This document shows positions 31,958 to 41,505 of a DNA stretch of 64,000 nucleotides, one piece after another. The DNA lies in the NCBI GenBank assembly GCA_050014695.1, contig JBEKCV010000006.1, forward strand, positions 6,708 to 70,707, read 5' to 3'. The notes below the pieces were generated by a model. The model saw only the letters and a program-made list of their open reading frames with translations. It did no database searches and was not told where the DNA came from. Each line of letters starts with the position of its first letter. Positions within the stretch are counted from its first letter, which is position 1. The position numbers and the translations under genes were made by a program. Source of the DNA: Thermodesulfovibrionales bacterium. Lineage in GTDB: Bacteria; Nitrospirota; Thermodesulfovibrionia; Thermodesulfovibrionales; UBA9159.

Positions 31958-32991
31958 TTTGCGCCTCCCCGCAGCGTATATATGTGCGCCAATATCTTGG
32001 CCACTGCCCTGTAAAGTTCCTCAGGTATCAGCGCGTCAATCTTGAGTTTGTAGAGGGTCCTTGCCAAGGGCTTGTCTTCAACCGTGGGGATACCATGCTC
32101 TTTTGCGAGTTCTTTCATTCGCTCTGCAATGAATCCTGCTCCTTTTGCAGTGATCCGCGGAGCTGACATCGTATTTTTTTCATATTTCAGGGCGACCGCA
32201 AGATGAGTCGGGTTTGTTATAACAACCGTTGCCTTCGGGACCTCCTGCATCATCCGTCTCCTTGCCATCTGTCTCTGGAGGCTCTTTACTCTGGACTTGA
32301 TCATGGGATTGCCCTCAGATTCCTTAAATTCCTCCCGTATCTCCTCCTTGGTCATCCTGATGGAGCGCTCAAACCGCCACCTCTCGGAGAAATAATCGAT
32401 GACTGCAAGGAGAAAAAAGGTGGCAAAGGCGGTGAGCACCGCTTTCCCTATGAGTTTGACTGCGACGGCTTGTAGTTCACGTAGATCCATTGCTGACGCG
32501 GGAAAGACCTGCGCGATCGACCCCTTGATTACGAAATAAAAGAGAAAACCTCCGACAATGAATTTGAAAAGACTCTTCAGGAAGTTCACAAGGCCGGCCA
32601 GGGAAAATATCTTTTTCAAGCCATTCACGGGATTGAGCCTATCCAAGTCGATGTCGAAGGGCTTAAAGGAGAGGCCTCCCTGAGAGACGCCGGCAAGGAG
32701 AGCGAAGGTGACAGAGATTCCGAAAAATGGCGCCAGAGTCAGGAGCACCTCCGCCGAGGCGCTTCTCATGACCGCAAAGGGATCCTTCCCATAGCGAAGT
32801 CCAAGCAGATTGCCTGTCAAATCAGACATGCGCCTCATGAAGAATCCCCCCCCAAAAAAGAATGTCGCGAGTACCCCTGCAGTAGCAGCCATGGATCCCA
32901 GTTCACGACTTCTCGCAGTCTGGCCCTTTTCTCTGGCCTTCTGCCGTCTTCGCGGCGTAGCTTGTTCTGTTTTCTCTTCGGATTCAGGCAT
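31954..32991 (-). CDS. flhB: Flagellar export protein FlhB
   Basis: EKTEQATPRR and NPTH autocleavage motif. Confidence 0.97.
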   Translation of the reverse strand: MPESEEKTEQATPRRRQKAREKGQTARSRELGSMAATAGVLATFFFGGGFFMRRMSDLTGNLLGLRYGKDPFAVMRSASAEVLLTLAPFFGISVTFALLAGVSQGGLSFKPFDIDLDRLNPVNGLKKIFSLAGLVNFLKSLFKFIVGGFLFYFVIKGSIAQVFPASAMDLRELQAVAVKLIGKAVLTAFATFFLLAVIDYFSERWRFERSIRMTKEEIREEFKESEGNPMIKSRVKSLQRQMARRRMMQEVPKATVVITNPTHLAVALKYEKNTMSAPRITAKGAGFIAERMKELAKEHGIPTVEDKPLARTLYKLKIDALIPEELYRAVAKILAHIYTLRGGAK

Positions 32992-32993
32992 GA

Positions 32994-33752
32994 TTAACCC
33001 TTTGCTAACTCGATGACTCTTGTCATCTCCTCCCTTATGAGAGCGAAATCATTTCCGGTGACCTGGATAAAGAAAGGCAAGCCGAGAAGCATTAGGACAA
33101 AACCGATAAACATAACAAGGGGATATCCGACAAAGAAGATATTTATTTGAGGAGCCGCCTTGTAGATAAACCCGAGCAACAGGTTTGTGATGACCATGAT
33201 GATGATAATCGGTGCGCTTAACTTGAGGGCAATCGTAAATATGCCCCCCGTGATCCCGACCATCTCGGCAACGAGGTTCTTCACATCGATCGTCCCTGCA
33301 GGCAGCCATTCATAGCTCTTCACGAAAATATAGATGAGGTCATGGTGTGCATCCATGGCAAGAAAGACGAGCATGACTATGATTCCATAGAGGTTGGACA
33401 CCACCGTAGACTGACCTATTTCGGGGTTAAAGAGCGTTGCCATGGAAAGTCCGACAGCGTTGCTTATCATTTGCCCCGCCATATCCACTGCAAGGAATAC
33501 AAACCGGGCCGAAAGCCCGAGCACCATTCCGAAGATGACCTCCCGTATAACGAGGGCGGATATTGCAGATCGTGAGAACTCGAAGTTCACAATCGGGGTC
33601 AGGATGAGTGCGATTGCAATGACAAGACCTATCTTGAACTGGGCCGGTATGCTCTTGCTCCCGTAGAAGGGAAGCATGCCGATGACTACCCCTGCCCTGA
33701 GGAGGATCAACAGGAAGTTCGGGATATATTTTGCAAAAACATCCATAATCAC
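32994..33752 (-). CDS. fliR: Flagellar export protein FliR
   Basis: Polytopic membrane protein with MAGQMI, KAAPQINIF; position in operon. Confidence 0.94.
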   Translation of the reverse strand: MIMDVFAKYIPNFLLILLRAGVVIGMLPFYGSKSIPAQFKIGLVIAIALILTPIVNFEFSRSAISALVIREVIFGMVLGLSARFVFLAVDMAGQMISNAVGLSMATLFNPEIGQSTVVSNLYGIIVMLVFLAMDAHHDLIYIFVKSYEWLPAGTIDVKNLVAEMVGITGGIFTIALKLSAPIIIIMVITNLLLGFIYKAAPQINIFFVGYPLVMFIGFVLMLLGLPFFIQVTGNDFALIREEMTRVIELAKG

Positions 33753-33784
33753 CTATACGGGGCGCGCCGCAGCATGAGAATTTC

Positions 33785-34054
33785 TCATCGTATGAGCACC
33801 GGTATCTTTTCGATAAGGTTGGTGGTGAAAGTCGTCAGCACCCGCGCAATCCAGGGGAAAAATATAAAGAGGCAGACAAACACAGCAAGAATCTTCGGCA
33901 CGAACGTCAGAGTAAACTCTTGTATCTGCGTTACCGCCTGGAACAGGCCTATGGAGAGTCCCACGACAAGACTGACCAAGAGGGTAGGCCCTGACGCAAA
34001 GATTATGGTCTTAAATACCTCTGCCGAGAGCTCCTTTATCACATCTATGGTCAT
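33785..34054 (-). CDS. fliQ: Flagellar export protein FliQ
   Basis: FQAVTQIQEFTLTFVPK. Confidence 0.96.
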   Translation of the reverse strand: MTIDVIKELSAEVFKTIIFASGPTLLVSLVVGLSIGLFQAVTQIQEFTLTFVPKILAVFVCLFIFFPWIARVLTTFTTNLIEKIPVLIR

Positions 34055-34683
34055 ATGAAACTCCTCACGAGGGAACTGACCACGAGATTCCAGCCGTCCA
34101 CCAGCACGAAGAGCAGAAGCTTGAACGGAAGGGAAACCAGCACAGGAGGAAGCATCATCATGCCCATGGAAAGCAATACGCTGGAGACAACCATATCGAT
34201 GATCAGGAATGGCAGAAAGATGAGAAAGCCTATTTCAAAGGCCGTTTTCAGTTCGCTGATCGCGAATGCCGGCACGACAACCCTTATAGGCAATTCTTCG
34301 GGTTTTTGGGGGGTCTTTTCCTTTGCCAGGTTTAAAAAGAGGGCGATGTCCTTCTGCCTCGTCTGTCTCAGCATAAATGTCTTGATCGGCGCTTCCGCCT
34401 TTTGGAAAGCCACCTGTATCGTTATCTGCTTGTCCATATAAGGGTTTATTGAGTCCCTCGTAATCACGTCTATCGTGGGAGACATGATAAAGAGGGTTAA
34501 GAATAGTGCTAAACCGATGATGACCGTGTTCGGTGGTATCGTCTGCGCGCCGATGGCCTGGCGTAAAAAAGACAGGACAATCACCACCCGGGTGAAGGAT
34601 GTGAACATCACCAGTATTGCGGGCAGCAAGGACAGAAAACTGATGAGCAGGAAGACTTCAACCGTAGGGTCAGTTATTTTCAT
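34051..34683 (-). CDS. fliP: Flagellar export protein FliP (short form)
   Basis: TSFTRVVIVLSFLRQA, PAFAISELKTAF, MGMMMLPP, LVDGW. Confidence 0.96.
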   Translation of the reverse strand: MKITDPTVEVFLLISFLSLLPAILVMFTSFTRVVIVLSFLRQAIGAQTIPPNTVIIGLALFLTLFIMSPTIDVITRDSINPYMDKQITIQVAFQKAEAPIKTFMLRQTRQKDIALFLNLAKEKTPQKPEELPIRVVVPAFAISELKTAFEIGFLIFLPFLIIDMVVSSVLLSMGMMMLPPVLVSLPFKLLLFVLVDGWNLVVSSLVRSFI

Positions 34684-34990
34684 TGAGATGATCCTTCATG
34701 TTTCGCAGCCTCTTCACCGTGTTGCTGATATCCCTTACCGTATCCGTCTCGAGGTCATTTTCTTCGATTGTCTTTAGTAACTTGAGATCCGATGCGGTGA
34801 CGCCGACCAGCAGTATCTCCCTTCCGATCTTCATAGCAGCGATTCCCTTGCGCGACCCAAACGACTGGTAAGCAAGAACATTCATGATCCCCGCCTTGGC
34901 CTGCCTTTTCCTGAGAAAAAACCCCATAAAAAAGATCAGCCCTATCACGGCGGCAAGGGCTAAAACCATCTGGAAGTACGTCTCCTTCAT
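34670..34990 (-). CDS. fliO: Flagellar protein FliO/FliZ
   Basis: Single N-terminal TM, LLVGVT motif, lies between fliN and fliP. Confidence 0.85.
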   Translation of the reverse strand: MKETYFQMVLALAAVIGLIFFMGFFLRKRQAKAGIMNVLAYQSFGSRKGIAAMKIGREILLVGVTASDLKLLKTIEENDLETDTVRDISNTVKRLRNMKDHLNENN

Positions 34991-35313
34991 TTCAGCTGCC
35001 GTATCCTTTCCGTGGGGCTGATGATATCGGTCAGCCTCACCCCGAACTTCTCGTTGACCACCACCACCTCGCCTCTTGCCACGAGCTTATTGTTGACGAG
35101 TATCTCCATCGGCTCACCTGCCACTTTTTCTAATTCCACGACAGAACCCTGACCGAGCTGCAAGAGATCCTTGATAAGCATCTTCGTCCTGCCCAATTCC
35201 ACAGTTATCTCGAGGGGAATATCCAGGAGGAACTCGATGTCGTTCTTGCCCGAAGATTCCTTTTTTTCTCCCTTTAATTCTTCAAAGTTTGCATCCACGG
35301 TCGGTTGATTCAT
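34987..35313 (-). CDS. fliN: Flagellar motor switch protein FliN
   Basis: LLDIPLEITVELGRT, ARGEVVVVNEKFGVRLT. Confidence 0.97.
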   Translation of the reverse strand: MNQPTVDANFEELKGEKKESSGKNDIEFLLDIPLEITVELGRTKMLIKDLLQLGQGSVVELEKVAGEPMEILVNNKLVARGEVVVVNEKFGVRLTDIISPTERIRQLK

Positions 35314-35326
35314 GTCTGTCTCCTTG

Positions 35327-36295
35327 TCAATAAACCTTGGTTATTCTTAAAGCCTGATTTCCCCTGCTATAGCCGGGCTTGCCGCCGTATTTCCGGACAT
35401 TCTGCACCTTTACCGCAAGGTCATCGGTCACGTTCTTGCAAAGGTTGATCACGCTGCCGACATCGAGATTCATCAATTCCTGGCAGGGTACTTGGACCCT
35501 CCCTAGTTCAGCAACCACCTCGACAGAAGAATCCAGAAGTATCTCTTTCACTCTTTCTACCCATCTCTGATCCACGTGGAATCGTTCGCTCTGGATGCCT
35601 GAGTTGAGCTTTTCCTTTATCGGCTCAATGAGGGAATAGGGAACGCAAAAGAACAGCTTTCCGGTAAAGTCATCTATCTCGACATGGATCTCTATCTTGA
35701 TCACGATTTCGCTCGGCATGACAATAGTCACAAACTGGGGGTTCATCTCGGAACCGGCCTGTTCCGGATGGATAGGTCCTAGACCTGCCCATGCCTCGGC
35801 CATATCCCGGAGAGCCATGGTGACGACCTTCGTTATCACCCTCTGCTCTATTGTCGTGAACGCCCTGCCCTCAGATTTCACGTAGAGAGCCCCCTTGCCC
35901 CCAAAAAAAATCTCCACGAGGGCAAAAACCAGGGGAGCTTCCAAGACGAGGAGCGAATAGCCCTGAAGAGGCTCCATCTTGAAGATATTTATGTTTGAGG
36001 GAAAAGGGATAGTCTTCATGAATTCACCGAACTTTATGATCTCCACATTTTGGATACTGACATCAACAAACCGCATGATAAGGGTTGCCAGTGAATTTCT
36101 GAAAAAACGCGCAAAGCGCTCGTTGGCGATCTCCAACCCGGGCATCCTACCGCGAACGATACGTTCCTGACTGGTCAGATCATACGGCCTGATACCGGAG
36201 AGTATCTTCTCCTTTGCCGTCTCTGTCGTTATTTCACCCGACTGCACCCCTTTGAGGAGGGCATCAACTTCATCTTGTGACAGGACATCGCTCAT
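35327..36295 (-). CDS. fliM: Flagellar motor switch protein FliM
   Basis: N-terminal LSQDEVDALL CheY-binding peptide, EMNPQF. Confidence 0.96.
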   Translation of the reverse strand: MSDVLSQDEVDALLKGVQSGEITTETAKEKILSGIRPYDLTSQERIVRGRMPGLEIANERFARFFRNSLATLIMRFVDVSIQNVEIIKFGEFMKTIPFPSNINIFKMEPLQGYSLLVLEAPLVFALVEIFFGGKGALYVKSEGRAFTTIEQRVITKVVTMALRDMAEAWAGLGPIHPEQAGSEMNPQFVTIVMPSEIVIKIEIHVEIDDFTGKLFFCVPYSLIEPIKEKLNSGIQSERFHVDQRWVERVKEILLDSSVEVVAELGRVQVPCQELMNLDVGSVINLCKNVTDDLAVKVQNVRKYGGKPGYSRGNQALRITKVY

Positions 36296-36786
36296 TGCAT
36301 CACAAACTCAGTGAAATAAAGATTCTTCAAAATATCCTTTCCTATCGCCTGGTTTGTCCTGAGGAGGAGTTCATCCTTCAGCTGGAATTTGCCCTCGGGA
36401 CTTGATACCGATTCCGCAGACTTGCTGCTCATGAGGGTGATAATAGAATCCCTTATTTGCGGGATCTTATCGGTGAATAACGGTTCATAGGACAGATCGG
36501 TCAGTTCGAACTGCATGGAGACCTTGAGAAACCTGCCCTGCTCTGCAAGGTTCATTACAAAGGGGTCAAGCGAGACGAGGGCTGCCTTCGCGTACTTGGT
36601 CTCTTCTTTCTTGTGTGCTTCCCCTCCCTTACCCTTGGCAATAAACTGTGTATAGGTTATAAATCCAGCCGCAACGGCGAGGATGATGGAACCCGCAATA
36701 ATCATGATAAGCATATTCTTATTGCCCTTTTTCGGTGCTTGTTCTTTCGTCTCTTCAGGGTTGGTCTGCTGTTTTTCGTCAGCCAT
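36292..36786 (-). CDS. fliL: Flagellar basal body protein FliL
   Basis: Single TM, PFVMNL, IRDSII, LYFTEFVMQ. Confidence 0.94.
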   Translation of the reverse strand: MADEKQQTNPEETKEQAPKKGNKNMLIMIIAGSIILAVAAGFITYTQFIAKGKGGEAHKKEETKYAKAALVSLDPFVMNLAEQGRFLKVSMQFELTDLSYEPLFTDKIPQIRDSIITLMSSKSAESVSSPEGKFQLKDELLLRTNQAIGKDILKNLYFTEFVMQ

Positions 36787-36835
36787 ATGACGTCCTCCTT
36801 TTCAGATAGGGGCTGAAGTTCGTTTCTCAGGAGTT

Positions 36836-36870
36836 ATTCAAATACCGTGCCTGTCATAACCAATTGAAAT
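36836..36870 (-). promoter_or_regulatory. Putative sigma-54 promoter with adjacent IHF-like site upstream of fliL
   Basis: Minus strand AGGCACGGTATTTGAAT (GG-N10-GA, 36836-36852), preceded by TTTCAA-TTGG-TTA, which resembles the IHF consensus. Confidence 0.5.
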
Positions 36871-37121
36871 ATCAACTAACCTGAACGGAGTTCCCGTCAA
36901 AACAATGACTACAATGATGTTTTCTTGGACATGGCGGAATGTTTTCGGAATCTGGCAAGCAACCGGATTGGGGAGTGGTTTGGTAAAGATGCAAGGCATT
37001 TGCGAGGAGCTCACGATCAACCCGCCGGGGCAGACCGGGCAAGGGAACAAACAAGCAGGGGAGATGGGAATGTGCTCGCGTCTTAAGTCCTAAAGGGGTC
37101 CCTTACTTCTCGGAGCGTACT

Positions 37122-37904
37122 TCATTCCGAGGGATTCTGCCTTTCGAGCGGAAATATAGGAAAAGTTGTTCCGGCCTCAGAAGAAGTGTTATCGTCTCCG
37201 GTGGCTTCATTATATTCAGGGGCAATGATACCCCTTTTTACCATAATACTGCAAATGAGATTTGAACGGTTGACCACATATCGCTGATTCCCTGCAGCGT
37301 TATATTTCCGTGGGTTTGGGAGAACGGCGGCGAGCCTTGCAGCCTCCTCAGGAGTGAGTTGGGATGAAGGTTTCTGGAAGTAGTATCTTGCCGCAGCCTC
37401 CACTCCAAACACTCCCTCTCCCCACTCAATGACATTCAGATAGAGTTCCAGTATCCTCTTTTTCGAAAGGACCGTCTCCATCCTCCAGGTGATTACCGCC
37501 TCGGCTATTTTCCTCAAAGGGTTTTTTGATGGAGAAAGGTACAGGTTCTTTGCCAACTGCTGGCTTATGGTGCTGCCGCCAAGCTTGAACTTCTTTGCCT
37601 TCATATCTTTTTCCAAGGCCTTCTGAATTGCTTCGTAGTCAAATCCCTCATGCTTCCAGAACTTGTCATCCTCTGCTATGAGCACTGCCTTGATGAGGTA
37701 CGGTGAAACCTGTGACAGGGGCATCCACTCCTGAGTTACCCGGTATTTTTTCCCCTTGCCTTGCCACTCCTTCTCCCGGTACTCCATCAATGCGGTCTTC
37801 TTCGGATTGTCCTTCTTGAGTTTGGAAACATCAGGCATGAGAAAAAAATACGCGAGAGGGATACAGAGAACCAAGAAAAGGAAAACAGGCCCTGTTCGTT
37901 TCAA
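37122..37904 (-). CDS. mtgA: Monofunctional peptidoglycan transglycosylase
   Basis: AEDDKFWKHEGFD, GGSTISQQLAKNLYL, KKRILELYLN. Confidence 0.93.
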   Translation of the reverse strand: MKRTGPVFLFLVLCIPLAYFFLMPDVSKLKKDNPKKTALMEYREKEWQGKGKKYRVTQEWMPLSQVSPYLIKAVLIAEDDKFWKHEGFDYEAIQKALEKDMKAKKFKLGGSTISQQLAKNLYLSPSKNPLRKIAEAVITWRMETVLSKKRILELYLNVIEWGEGVFGVEAAARYYFQKPSSQLTPEEAARLAAVLPNPRKYNAAGNQRYVVNRSNLICSIMVKRGIIAPEYNEATGDDNTSSEAGTTFPIFPLERQNPSE

Positions 37905-37944
37905 AATCTTCTGTTAACCATTGTCAGAGAAGGCTGCAACATCC

Positions 37945-38462
37945 TCATTGCTGAAGTGAATGAAACTCTTTGCCTGTGAAGTCTTTTTCTTCTTTTAGAG
38001 CGGTCTCGTTACCAGGCATGGACGTCATCCGGTTTCTCCCCTTTGTAAGGAAGAAGACGGTCTCCATGGTTGTCCAGTCTGTTGTTCCCGTCACAGCCGT
38101 CTGAACATTCCGCGAGGGAAATTCCGTCTTGCCGGGGAAGTGGCACCACATCTCCAGATATACCCGGCCGTTCACCCATTTTGCACGTACTTTTGTCTCA
38201 TAAAAGAGGCGAGCATTCTCGACATCTATGTCCCCGGTCTCAAATAAACGTACTATGGGTCGACTCCTTCACGGTGATCCGTAACGACCCCTTGCCGTTC
38301 GCAGAAGCTTCCTTATCCAACTGGGCGCTCGACTCGGTAATAAGACCGTCCAGAGTGTCAAGGGGAACCCGCTTGATTTCCGTGGCATGTTGGGCGGACC
38401 GGGAGCAGCCGAATACAGCTAAGGCCGTTGCGATACAGGTAAAGAGAGGCAATCTTTTTCAT
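37945..38462 (-). pseudogene. Frameshifted conserved hypothetical lipoprotein
   Basis: MKKIA / LFTCIATALAVFGC (lipobox) ...GSLRITVKEST / IVRLFETGDIDVENARL...YLEMWCHFPGK...TDWTTMETVFFL are spread over different frames. Confidence 0.65.
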
Positions 38463-38533
38463 AGCTGTCGACCTTGCCTCCTCCTTCGGGTCGGCGCCCA
38501 TGTTATCCAACACTTGTCTCGATCCGATGCCGT

Positions 38534-39412
38534 TTATCCCACGATCTCCGTCCCGACCCCCTCTTTCGTAAATATCTCAAGCAAGAGGCAATGCAAGGTC
38601 CTGCCATCCACGATGTGCGTCTTCTTCACGCCGGCATCAAGGGCACGGGTGCATGCCTGAACCTTCGGGAGCATGCCGCCGGAAATCACCCGCTCGTTGA
38701 TGAGCTCTGAAATATCCATTCTGCTGAGAGTGGGGAAAACCGTGCCCTCACCGTTTTGTATCCCGCTCACATCGGTAAGGAGTATTAATTTTTCTGCCTT
38801 CAACGAAGAAGCTATTGCCGATGCCACGTAATCTGCATTTATGTTATACGTTTCGCCTTTTGCCCCGACTCCGATAGGAGAAATAACAGGGATAAATCCA
38901 TCCCGTTCAAGCGAGTTCAGTATCTGAGGGTCAACCGATTCGACTTCACCCACCAGCCCGATATCAATAACTTCTTCTTCCCCTTGTTTTGCAGACTTCT
39001 TAATGAACTTTTTTTTCGCTTTTATGAGGCCCCCGTCCTTTCCGCTCAGGCCTACCGCCCTGCCGCCGTGTTTGTTGATCAATGCCACGATTTCCTTATT
39101 GATGAGACCGCCGAGAACCATCTCGACGATATCCATCGTCTCCTTGTCCGTCACCCGCTGTCCCTGAATGAATGTTGGTTCCTTCCCCATCTTTTCCATC
39201 ATTGCATTCACTCTTGGCCCGCCGCCATGCACGATCACCGGTTTCAGGCCGATAAAACTCAAGAGCACCACATCCTGCGCAAAGGAATTCTTTAATGCAT
39301 CCTCACCCTGCGCAGCACCGCCATACTTAATGACAACACTTTTGCCATAAAAGTTACGTATAAAGGGCAAGGCCTCAATTAAGACATTTGCTTTCTCAAC
39401 GAGTTTTTTCAT
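38534..39412 (-). CDS. argB: Acetylglutamate kinase
   Basis: LIEALPFI, VIKYGG, VHGGGP, YNINAD, GGMLPK. Confidence 0.97.
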   Translation of the reverse strand: MKKLVEKANVLIEALPFIRNFYGKSVVIKYGGAAQGEDALKNSFAQDVVLLSFIGLKPVIVHGGGPRVNAMMEKMGKEPTFIQGQRVTDKETMDIVEMVLGGLINKEIVALINKHGGRAVGLSGKDGGLIKAKKKFIKKSAKQGEEEVIDIGLVGEVESVDPQILNSLERDGFIPVISPIGVGAKGETYNINADYVASAIASSLKAEKLILLTDVSGIQNGEGTVFPTLSRMDISELINERVISGGMLPKVQACTRALDAGVKKTHIVDGRTLHCLLLEIFTKEGVGTEIVG

Positions 39413-39611
39413 ATTTGACCATGGTATTGGATCATTTGACTGCCGGGGTAAAGCAGATTACGAAAAGGCCTTACAGCGATCCTTTGCGTATGCCTGCCAC
39501 AGTCAGCGCCCTCCTGAAAATACCCTTATCGTTGGAGCTCAGAGCCTGAAGCCGACTAATGACACATCATCGCTTCTTCAGGATCTGAGGTGTTTCCACA
39601 CACTGCCACTC

Positions 39612-40214
39612 TTACACCCATTTGGATTGACTGGCCTCGAAGCAGGGGATACAGAGAATCTTGCCCTCTTTTATCCTCGCCCTCGGTTCGGCAACCTTTT
39701 CAGCACACAGGGCACAAGTAACGCTCTGGTATATCCTCGCCTCCGGCGGGGGCAGGACATTCACTTTTGCTATTTTCAACAGTTCCGATTCAGACGCCTC
39801 TAAGACAGCCTTCGTCTTTTTTGCCTTTCTGTTTTGCACTACCTTCAGAACTGCATCCGACCGGTCGCCCTGAGCGTGTCGTCTCCACATATTTTTTTCT
39901 TCTTCTGTCTCTTCAGGCGAGGGAAAATCTATGGAAATCCTCACTCCCTCACCCGATGGCCGTTTGATGAATGTGTAAGCCTGTTTGCCGTAGTCCTTAT
40001 AGGTGAGATTGCCCTTGCCAAAGGTACACCCGGTAAGGACCTGGATAGCATCCACGGCGCAGGAGTCATTCTCCACAATAGCAACAAGCTCTTCGTCCCG
40101 AGAGGCGTTTTCCTGGCCGATCTCCCTCAAAGCAGCCAATGCAACCCTATAGCCGAAGGCCAGACCGGGACAGCTGTGACCATGAAAATCCACTACGTCG
40201 CTAAAGCTTTTCAT
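39612..40214 (-). CDS. FmdE-family protein with C-terminal zinc finger
   Basis: FHGHSCPGLAFG, CAVDAIQVLTGCTFGKGNL, CALCAE...CIPC; start placed at MKSFSD. Confidence 0.9.
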   Translation of the reverse strand: MKSFSDVVDFHGHSCPGLAFGYRVALAALREIGQENASRDEELVAIVENDSCAVDAIQVLTGCTFGKGNLTYKDYGKQAYTFIKRPSGEGVRISIDFPSPEETEEEKNMWRRHAQGDRSDAVLKVVQNRKAKKTKAVLEASESELLKIAKVNVLPPPEARIYQSVTCALCAEKVAEPRARIKEGKILCIPCFEASQSKWV

Positions 40215-40424
40215 CGGTTGGATTTTACACCATAATAGGGCTTTTTGTAAAAGGACCATACTGGGCCTCAAGCTGAGACAGCAGGTCAAGGCGGGGTTGA
40301 AAACAAAAAAAGGTCTTCTTTTTGAAAAAGATAAGACCGACTCAGGGTCCAGCCCCCGGTCTTTGCTGCTATCTCCTCAAGGGGCTCCAGGTCAGGATAG
40401 TCGGGGAATGCGCTGGCACGTATC

Positions 40425-41183
40425 TTAGCCCCCGCGTTCCTGATCGCCGGCAGAAGCACGGGCTTCAGCTGATATCTTTGTTTTCAATGAATCGAGGAAA
40501 CATTTGAATTCCTCTTCCTTTTCGCAGTTCATATCTGAAAATTTAATGGCGACCTTTATATTTCCTGAATCAGCAACCGCTTCCGCGGCCTGAAGCCTCA
40601 TCACAAATCCCTCCAGCCCGGAAATCCTTGTGTGTTCGTCACCTTCCACATCAAGCACCACCGTTTCTAAGATTTGAGGAAGGTGATCATTTCTATGGAA
40701 AACGGAAAAAACCCCACCAAGACTGATATCTATGAGATGTCCCTCAGCTTTGTGAGATTGAAATTTTACTGAAACGGGACTATTCACCACAATACGTTCG
40801 TGTTCTCTTCTTTCGAATTTGCCGGTAAGGGCAACAATTTTCTGAACTAAGGCGTCAATGGTAAAGGGTTTCAGGATATACGCATTTGCCCCCAGTTGCA
40901 GGGCCTTCATTATGCTTGTTTTCTCGTTGACAGCGGACACCATGATAAAGGGCGTGCCCTGTAGCCTCGGATTGCTCCTGACCCACTTTAGCAATCGGTC
41001 ACCGGTAATCTTCGGCATCTCCCAATCGCATAGAATCAGATCATAATTGCCCTTTTCCAATTTCTCCTGACCCTCTTTACCATCTCTTGCTTCATCGACC
41101 TGGATATGAGGAAATTTGTTTAACAGGCCGAATTTGACAATCTCCCTCACCGTATTCGAATCATCAATTATTATAATTATCAT
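40425..41183 (-). CDS. Response regulator with REC and PilZ domains
   Basis: REC (IDD, CDWEMP, KPF) followed by RREHER (RxxxR) and DISLGG (DxSxxG). Confidence 0.85.
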   Translation of the reverse strand: MIIIIIDDSNTVREIVKFGLLNKFPHIQVDEARDGKEGQEKLEKGNYDLILCDWEMPKITGDRLLKWVRSNPRLQGTPFIMVSAVNEKTSIMKALQLGANAYILKPFTIDALVQKIVALTGKFERREHERIVVNSPVSVKFQSHKAEGHLIDISLGGVFSVFHRNDHLPQILETVVLDVEGDEHTRISGLEGFVMRLQAAEAVADSGNIKVAIKFSDMNCEKEEEFKCFLDSLKTKISAEARASAGDQERGG

Positions 41184-41410
41184 ATACGCAGTACCTCGCC
41201 ATTGTCTTTGGAAAGTCTCTCCTCACCATTCCGAATGTCGCTGCCGAAACGCGGCTTATTGCTGAGCTCCTTTTCCCAGAGGCTTCCCGCGGTTTCCCGA
41301 AAAAGAGTCTCTTTCTCCGGAATGGCATTGGCTGCCCGTTTTCCAAATCCTCGCGGTCTCAAGGGGAGGCGCTCCTTCCCATGCCCTGACAGATCTCTTG
41401 ACTACGTATC

Positions 41411-41437
41411 TTATCGGTTGCGGACACAAAAACTTTA
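41411..41437 (-). promoter_or_regulatory. Sigma-28 (FliA) promoter upstream of REC-PilZ
   Basis: Minus strand TAAA-GTTTTTGTGTCCGCA(15)-ACCGATAA. Confidence 0.75.
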
Positions 41438-41505
41438 GGGCATCAATAGAGAAATATTGTTTTCTGCCCTGATCAATCGCTCTCTGCGCCATTTTCTATT
41501 TGAAT

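Noticed and set aside
38240-38245. Possible selenocysteine read-through at the TGA ending ORF 38240-38452
   Set aside because: The protein-like continuation is in a different frame, so a frameshift explains it
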